Part shown: positions 59,403 to 64,000 of the stretch, one piece after another
Numbering within the stretch: the first letter of the stretch is position 1
How the letters are laid out: the number at the start of each line of letters is the position of its first letter
Source: Azolla caroliniana
Taxonomy: Eukaryota > Plantae > Polypodiophyta
Direction: 5' to 3'
Length of the DNA stretch: 64,000 nucleotides
NCBI GenBank assembly: GCA_043228905.1
Contig: JBHGNT010000005.1
Location: 12,524,001-12,588,000, forward strand
Notes under the pieces: generated by a model
Database searches by the model: none
What the model was told of the DNA's origin: nothing
Seen by the model: the letters and a program-made list of their open reading frames with translations, nothing else
Made by a program: the position numbers and the translations under genes

Positions 59403-62400
59403 TGTTGAAGACAAAGGCCGTCAATGCGGAAGATCAAGTAGCATTCGATTCAAGTTGAGTACCTGCGTATGACAGTTTACCAAGATCGTGCACAGAGAGA
59501 GAGAGAGAGAGAGAGCAGGCACAAAAATGACTCTTTCTATTTCATAGAAACAATAATACAACCAACCTTACAAAAAGGTTACAAGGTCACTATATATAGT
59601 GACCGACTTAGGGCAACTACCATTTATGCTAATTACACAAATGGCCCAAACTTGATCTATACAAAGGGATAGTGTGAATACGTCCATTATACACTTGTAT
59701 TCGACACTCCCCCGTAATGGGCGTATACATGGGTTATCTAAGATTACAGGTATAAACCTAGGTTCTCGGACATATCAGTTTTGTTCGAGTCGGCAGGGTC
59801 CGAAGGCAGAAGACCGGACTGGTCGGGTCGGAAGAGTTGAAGCCGATCATTAGGGAACTGATGTCGGTTGTCTGAAACCATCCTGCGCTGTGTCCGGATC
59901 TAACCGGACTGGTTTGTCGTTACGCCCATCTGATGCCGAAGGGACCGAAAGCGGTCTGCCGAAAGACACTTGGTCATTCCATCTGCGACATTGTCGGTTG
60001 TGGATATTTTCTCTAGACCGATTTTCCCTGAAATGACGCAGTCCCGGACGAAGTGATATCGAACGTCGATATGTTTGGAGGCGTTGTGGTGAACCGGATT
60101 TCTCGACAAGGCAACAACACCTTGACTGTCGCTATAGACAACTGGAGCCGAGTCATGGTCGACTTGCCGAAACGTGTGCGCCAGCCGGCCGAGCCACAAA
60201 GCTTCTTTTGCAGCGTCGGACGCAGCTACATATTCTGCTTCGGTCGTTGAGGTCGCTGTGCACTCCTGAAGTTTTGACTTCCACGAAATTGCTCCATTGC
60301 CGAATTTGAAGCAGTATCCGGTTGTTGATTTCCGACTGTCTATACAGCCGGCGAAGTCCGAGTCGGTGTAACCGACTACGCCTGAGGTTGAGTTCGGACC
60401 GAAAAGAATGCCGTGATCTTTTGTGCCAGCCAGATATTTGAACACATGCTTGACTGCGTTCCAATGCGATCGGCCAGGATTGTGCATAAATCTGCTAACG
60501 ACTCCTACGGCATGAGAGATATCAGGCCGTGTCGCGACCATCAGGTACATAAGGGAGCCGACTGCCGGTGCATACGGTACCGACTTCATATCTTCCCCCT
60601 CCGGACCGGATGTCGGGCAGTCTCGCTGAGAGAGCCGAAGATTCATGGGGAGCGGGGTTGAAGCAGATTTGGCTGATTGCATGTTGAAGCGTTCCAAGAC
60701 ACGTCCGATATAGTCGGTCTGAGACAAAAAAAGATGTCGTTTATCGCGATGCCGACTAATCTTCATGCCGAGTATGTGTCGTGCCGGACCGAGGTCCTTC
60801 ATGGCAAACTTCAACCGCAGTTGCCGAATGAGATCGGCAAGTTCGCCCGCGTGGCGTCCAGAAATTAGCATGTCGTCCACGTAAATGATGAGGAAGATGG
60901 GTGATCCATCTTGAGCTGTGTTGGTAAAAAGACAATGGTCCTCATCGCTTTTGGAGAAGCCGATCGATTGGATGAAGTCGTCAAACTTCTTGTACCATAT
61001 TCGCGGTGCCTGTTTGAGGCCGTATAGACTCTTCCTGAGTCGGCAGACTAGATGTTCTTGGCCAGTTGCCACGAAGCCTTTTGGCTGCTCCATATAAATT
61101 TCCTCTTCAAGATCACCATGGAGGAAGGCTGTTTTGACATCTAGCTGAATCAGCTCCAAGTTGTCGGCTGCCACTACGCCGAGTAGAAAACGAAGGGTTG
61201 TCATTTTCACCACTGGTGAAAAAATCTCGTCGAAGTCGACGCCATATTCTTGTCGGAAGCCCTTCGCAACTAATCTGGCCTTGTACTTTGGGGTGGTCGA
61301 ATCAGACGTCTCTTTTAGTCGATAAACCCACTTGCAAGGAAGAGCACGTCGATTCTTAGGTAATTCGACCAGATCCCAAGTCTTGTTTGCCCGAATGGAG
61401 TGCATTTCCGACTCCATCGCCAGATGCCAGGTGGCTGAATCGACAGATGTCGATGCTTCTTCGTAAGACGTCGGTTCGCCGGCGTCGGTAAAAAAAATTC
61501 CAGGAGAATACCTCTCCGGAGGTTGCGATAGTCTCTCGGATCGTCGGGGTATGATTGGACTGGTCGCATCGGGTATCGAGGTCGGATGGTCCGAAAGCGA
61601 ATTATTCTGCTGTGCCGAGTCAGAGTTGTCCGAGTCGGTGGTGTAAGGTTCAGCTACCCGTGAAGCTGACCGTGTGTTAAGAGCGGGGCCTTCTTGAAGG
61701 GTCGGCACATCGGAAAATGTTACCCTTCGGACTTCGATCGGTTTTTCGATTGATGGATTCATAGCCGACTCGTTGAACACAACGTCCGAACTTCGAACGA
61801 TTTGTCTGCGTTCGGGGTCCCAGAGTCGGTATCCCATTTCGCCGTCTGATCCATATCCAAGGAAGATGCATTTCCTGGACCGAGGTGCAAGTTTTCGGCG
61901 ATCATCTTTCGGAATAAGGGCGTACGCCTCGCATCCGAAGATCCTCAGCTTGTCGTAATTCGGCTTACTGCCGATCCATAGTTCCTGAGGAATTTGAAGT
62001 CCTAGAGGTCTGCTTGGCGACATATTGATTATGTGTACTGCCGTGAGTAGAGCCTCTGCCCAGAAGCCATCCGACAGTCCGGAGTGTTGGAGCATGGAAA
62101 CTATCCGTTCTTGGATTGTCCGATTCATGCGTTCGGCAATCCCGTTTTGCTCCGGACTGTGTGGTGCCGTAAATTCACGTCGGATGCCGCGTTGTCGGCA
62201 AAATTTGACGAATTCTTCTGATTTGAACTCTCCCCCATTGTCGGTCCGAAAGCATTTCAGTTTTCGGTCAGTTTGATTTTCTACCATAGCGAGCCAATCG
62301 GAGAAGATCGAGAAGACACGATCTTTGGTGCGAATTGGATAAGCCCACACCTTTCGAGTCGAATCGTCAATAAAACTGACGAAGTAAGAGGCACCGCCGA

Positions 62401-63886
62401 GAGACTGATGCGGCATTGGGCCGCAGACGTCCGAGTGGACTAAATCGAGAGGTCTCGTTTCTCTTGGTGCTGATGTCGGGTGTGATGCGGCTGCTTGTTT
62501 GCCATACTGGCAATGTTCGCAGAATTGATGGTCCGAGAAGGAGAGTTTAGGGATGTATCCGGCTCTAGATAGGTGCGTAATGCCGGCCTTGCTGAGGTGT
62601 CCTAATCTTCTGTGCCATAGTGATGACACAGGAATATCCACCAAAAACAGGTTACCCTCTCTGAGCGTAACATGTAACGGATACAGTGAGTGTATCTTGG
62701 GTCCTCTAGCAAGCAGGAGGTTCCCCCTGTGGAGTGTCCACCCTCCCGAAGAAAAACCGGCACGAATGCCGTCTTCATCTAGTTGTCCGACTGAGATCAA
62801 TGGCCTTGAGAGCTCGGGTACATGTCGGACATTGTGAAGTACAAGTGTAGAGCCACCTGCAAGGTTGAGCTCTACTGTGCCGATTCCAATGATGTCACAG
62901 TGTTGCGAGTTGCCGACTCGAACTGAGTCGGAGTGACGGATCGTATATTGCCGAAACTGGGATCGATGAGGAGTCACGTGAAATGACGCGCCCGAATCTA
63001 AGAGCCATGTGCTCGATTCTTCAGTCGTCAGCAGAACTTCTGATCCGACTGGATTTTCGATTGATAGTATATTCGGGTCGTTTGGTAGCACATCAGCTGA
63101 GAAGCTGACGTAATTGATCTCCTCATGCCGGCCACTCTTCTTGTCTGATTTCTGAGACTTGTCGTTCTTGTTCTTGAGTGCGCGGCAGTCGGCTTTGATA
63201 TGTCCGGGTTTCTTGCAATAGTTGCAGATTCGATTATCCCGTGACTGGCTCCGTCTTCGCTGATTGTTCGGCTGCCGTGAGGAATCTCTTCCTCGTATGT
63301 TCGATCGGTCTGTCGAACCTTGTACTACATAAGCGTCGTCTGTTGAGTCTTTGGCGAAAGACTTTCTCCGAGCTGCTTCGGTCAGGATTGCGCTCGTGAC
63401 TTCGGAGTATTTAACAGCCGTGGTTGACGCGTTGCACACGGTTGTGACGAAAGTTTCCCATGATGAGGGAAGGCTGCTCATGAGTATCATCGCTCTGAGT
63501 TCATCCTCGATTGCCGTCCCCTGAGATGAGATTTGGGAGCTTATGCTTTCGTACTCATTGAGATGTGCTCTGATACCAGATGTTGAAGACAAAGGCCGTC
63601 AATGCGGAAGATCAAGTAGCATTCGATTCAAGTTGAGTACCTGCGTATGACAGTTTACCAAGATCGTGCACAGAGAGAGAGAGAGAGAGAGAGAGCAGGC
63701 ACAAAAATGACTCTTTCTATTTCATAGAAACAATAATACAACCAACCTTACAAAAAGGTTACAAGGTCACTATATATAGTGACCGACTTAGGGCAACTAC
63801 CATTTATGCTAATTACACAAATGGCCCAAACTTGATCTATACAAAGGGATAGTGTGAATACGTCCATTATACACTTGTATTCGACA
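59403..63886 (-). mobile_element. Young Ty1/Copia (third family), LTRs 59403-59706 and 63581-63886, TSD GTCAC
   Basis: The LTRs differ visibly only in (GA)n length. GTCAC lies at 59398-59402 and 63887-63891. PBS at 63567-63578. Confidence 0.96.
59900..63568 (-). CDS. Copia polyprotein lacking the N-terminal part of Gag; PR-INT-RT-RH intact
   Basis: The open frame starts at the PBS with AHLNE; CNYCKKPGHIKADC, DSGAS, HSDVCGP, YVDD and ADGMTK follow. Confidence 0.85.
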   Translation of the reverse strand, partial: AHLNEYESISSQISSQGTAIEDELRAMILMSSLPSSWETFVTTVCNASTTAVKYSEVTSAILTEAARRKSFAKDSTDDAYVVQGSTDRSNIRGRDSSRQPNNQRRRSQSRDNRICNYCKKPGHIKADCRALKNKNDKSQKSDKKSGRHEEINYVSFSADVLPNDPNILSIENPVGSEVLLTTEESSTWLLDSGASFHVTPHRSQFRQYTIRHSDSVRVGNSQHCDIIGIGTVELNLAGGSTLVLHNVRHVPELSRPLISVGQLDEDGIRAGFSSGGWTLHRGNLLLARGPKIHSLYPLHVTLREGNLFLVDIPVSSLWHRRLGHLSKAGITHLSRAGYIPKLSFSDHQFCEHCQYGKQAAASHPTSAPRETRPLDLVHSDVCGPMPHQSLGGASYFVSFIDDSTRKVWAYPIRTKDRVFSIFSDWLAMVENQTDRKLKCFRTDNGGEFKSEEFVKFCRQRGIRREFTAPHSPEQNGIAERMNRTIQERIVSMLQHSGLSDGFWAEALLTAVHIINMSPSRPLGLQIPQELWIGSKPNYDKLRIFGCEAYALIPKDDRRKLAPRSRKCIFLGYGSDGEMGYRLWDPERRQIVRSSDVVFNESAMNPSIEKPIEVRRVTFSDVPTLQEGPALNTRSASRVAEPYTTDSDNSDSAQQNNSLSDHPTSIPDATSPIIPRRSERLSQPPERYSPGIFFTDAGEPTSYEEASTSVDSATWHLAMESEMHSIRANKTWDLVELPKNRRALPCKWVYRLKETSDSTTPKYKARLVAKGFRQEYGVDFDEIFSPVVKMTTLRFLLGVVAADNLELIQLDVKTAFLHGDLEEEIYMEQPKGFVATGQEHLVCRLRKSLYGLKQAPRIWYKKFDDFIQSIGFSKSDEDHCLFTNTAQDGSPIFLIIYVDDMLISGRHAGELADLIRQLRLKFAMKDLGPARHILGMKISRHRDKRHLFLSQTDYIGRVLERFNMQSAKSASTPLPMNLRLSQRDCPTSGPEGEDMKSVPYAPAVGSLMYLMVATRPDISHAVGVVSRFMHNPGRSHWNAVKHVFKYLAGTKDHGILFGPNSTSGVVGYTDSDFAGCIDSRKSTTGYCFKFGNGAISWKSKLQECTATSTTEAEYVAASDAAKEALWLGRLAHTFRQVDHDSAPVVYSDSQGVVALSRNPVHHNASKHIDVRYHFVRDCVISGKIGLEKISTTDNVADGMTKCLSADRFRSLRHQMGVTTNQSG

Positions 63887-64000
63887 GTCACCTTCACTAC
63901 TGGGGCAAAAATCTCGTCGAAATCCACTCCTTTCTTCTGCTGGAAGCCCTTCACCACAATGCGGGCTTTGTACCTTGGTGGATTTCCAACGTGTCCCGGT

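Larger units (their letters stand above)
57528..64000 (-). mobile_element. Degenerate Tork-like Copia: 3' LTR 57528-58097, pol 58098-59402, resuming at 63887 to the window end
   Basis: RT and RNase H motifs; [12 protein letters not shown] continues across the nested insertion. Confidence 0.88.

Overview
Eukaryotic land-plant DNA, probably from a seed-free plant such as a fern or lycophyte (an inference from the TE lineages present). Most of the window is a deeply nested retrotransposon cluster. It contains about 10 Ty1/Copia copies, including one fully intact element with apparently identical LTRs (32317-37845) and one gag-truncated but otherwise intact element (59403-63886). It also holds three copies or fragments of an unusual Ty3/Gypsy family (intact copy 16953-24317), a full-length L1-type LINE (29507-42519), a second LINE remnant and a probable non-autonomous DNA transposon. 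The one clear host gene is a PHT1 phosphate transporter (53686-55278) with a TATA box, P1BS, W-boxes and a 5'-UTR intron. The most notable observations are: (1) a hairpin enclosing the polypurine tract/LTR junction in several Copia families, with different stem sequences; (2) a -1 frameshift signal (G_GAU_UUU plus an H-type pseudoknot) in a Gypsy family with a tRNA-Trp PBS, a 4-bp TSD and a DHG protease; (3) tRNA-like Pol III cassettes inside LTRs; (4) an inversion reconstructable from a split TSD; (5) an apparent capsid swap between Copia subfamilies. All calls were made by eye and no database searches were run.
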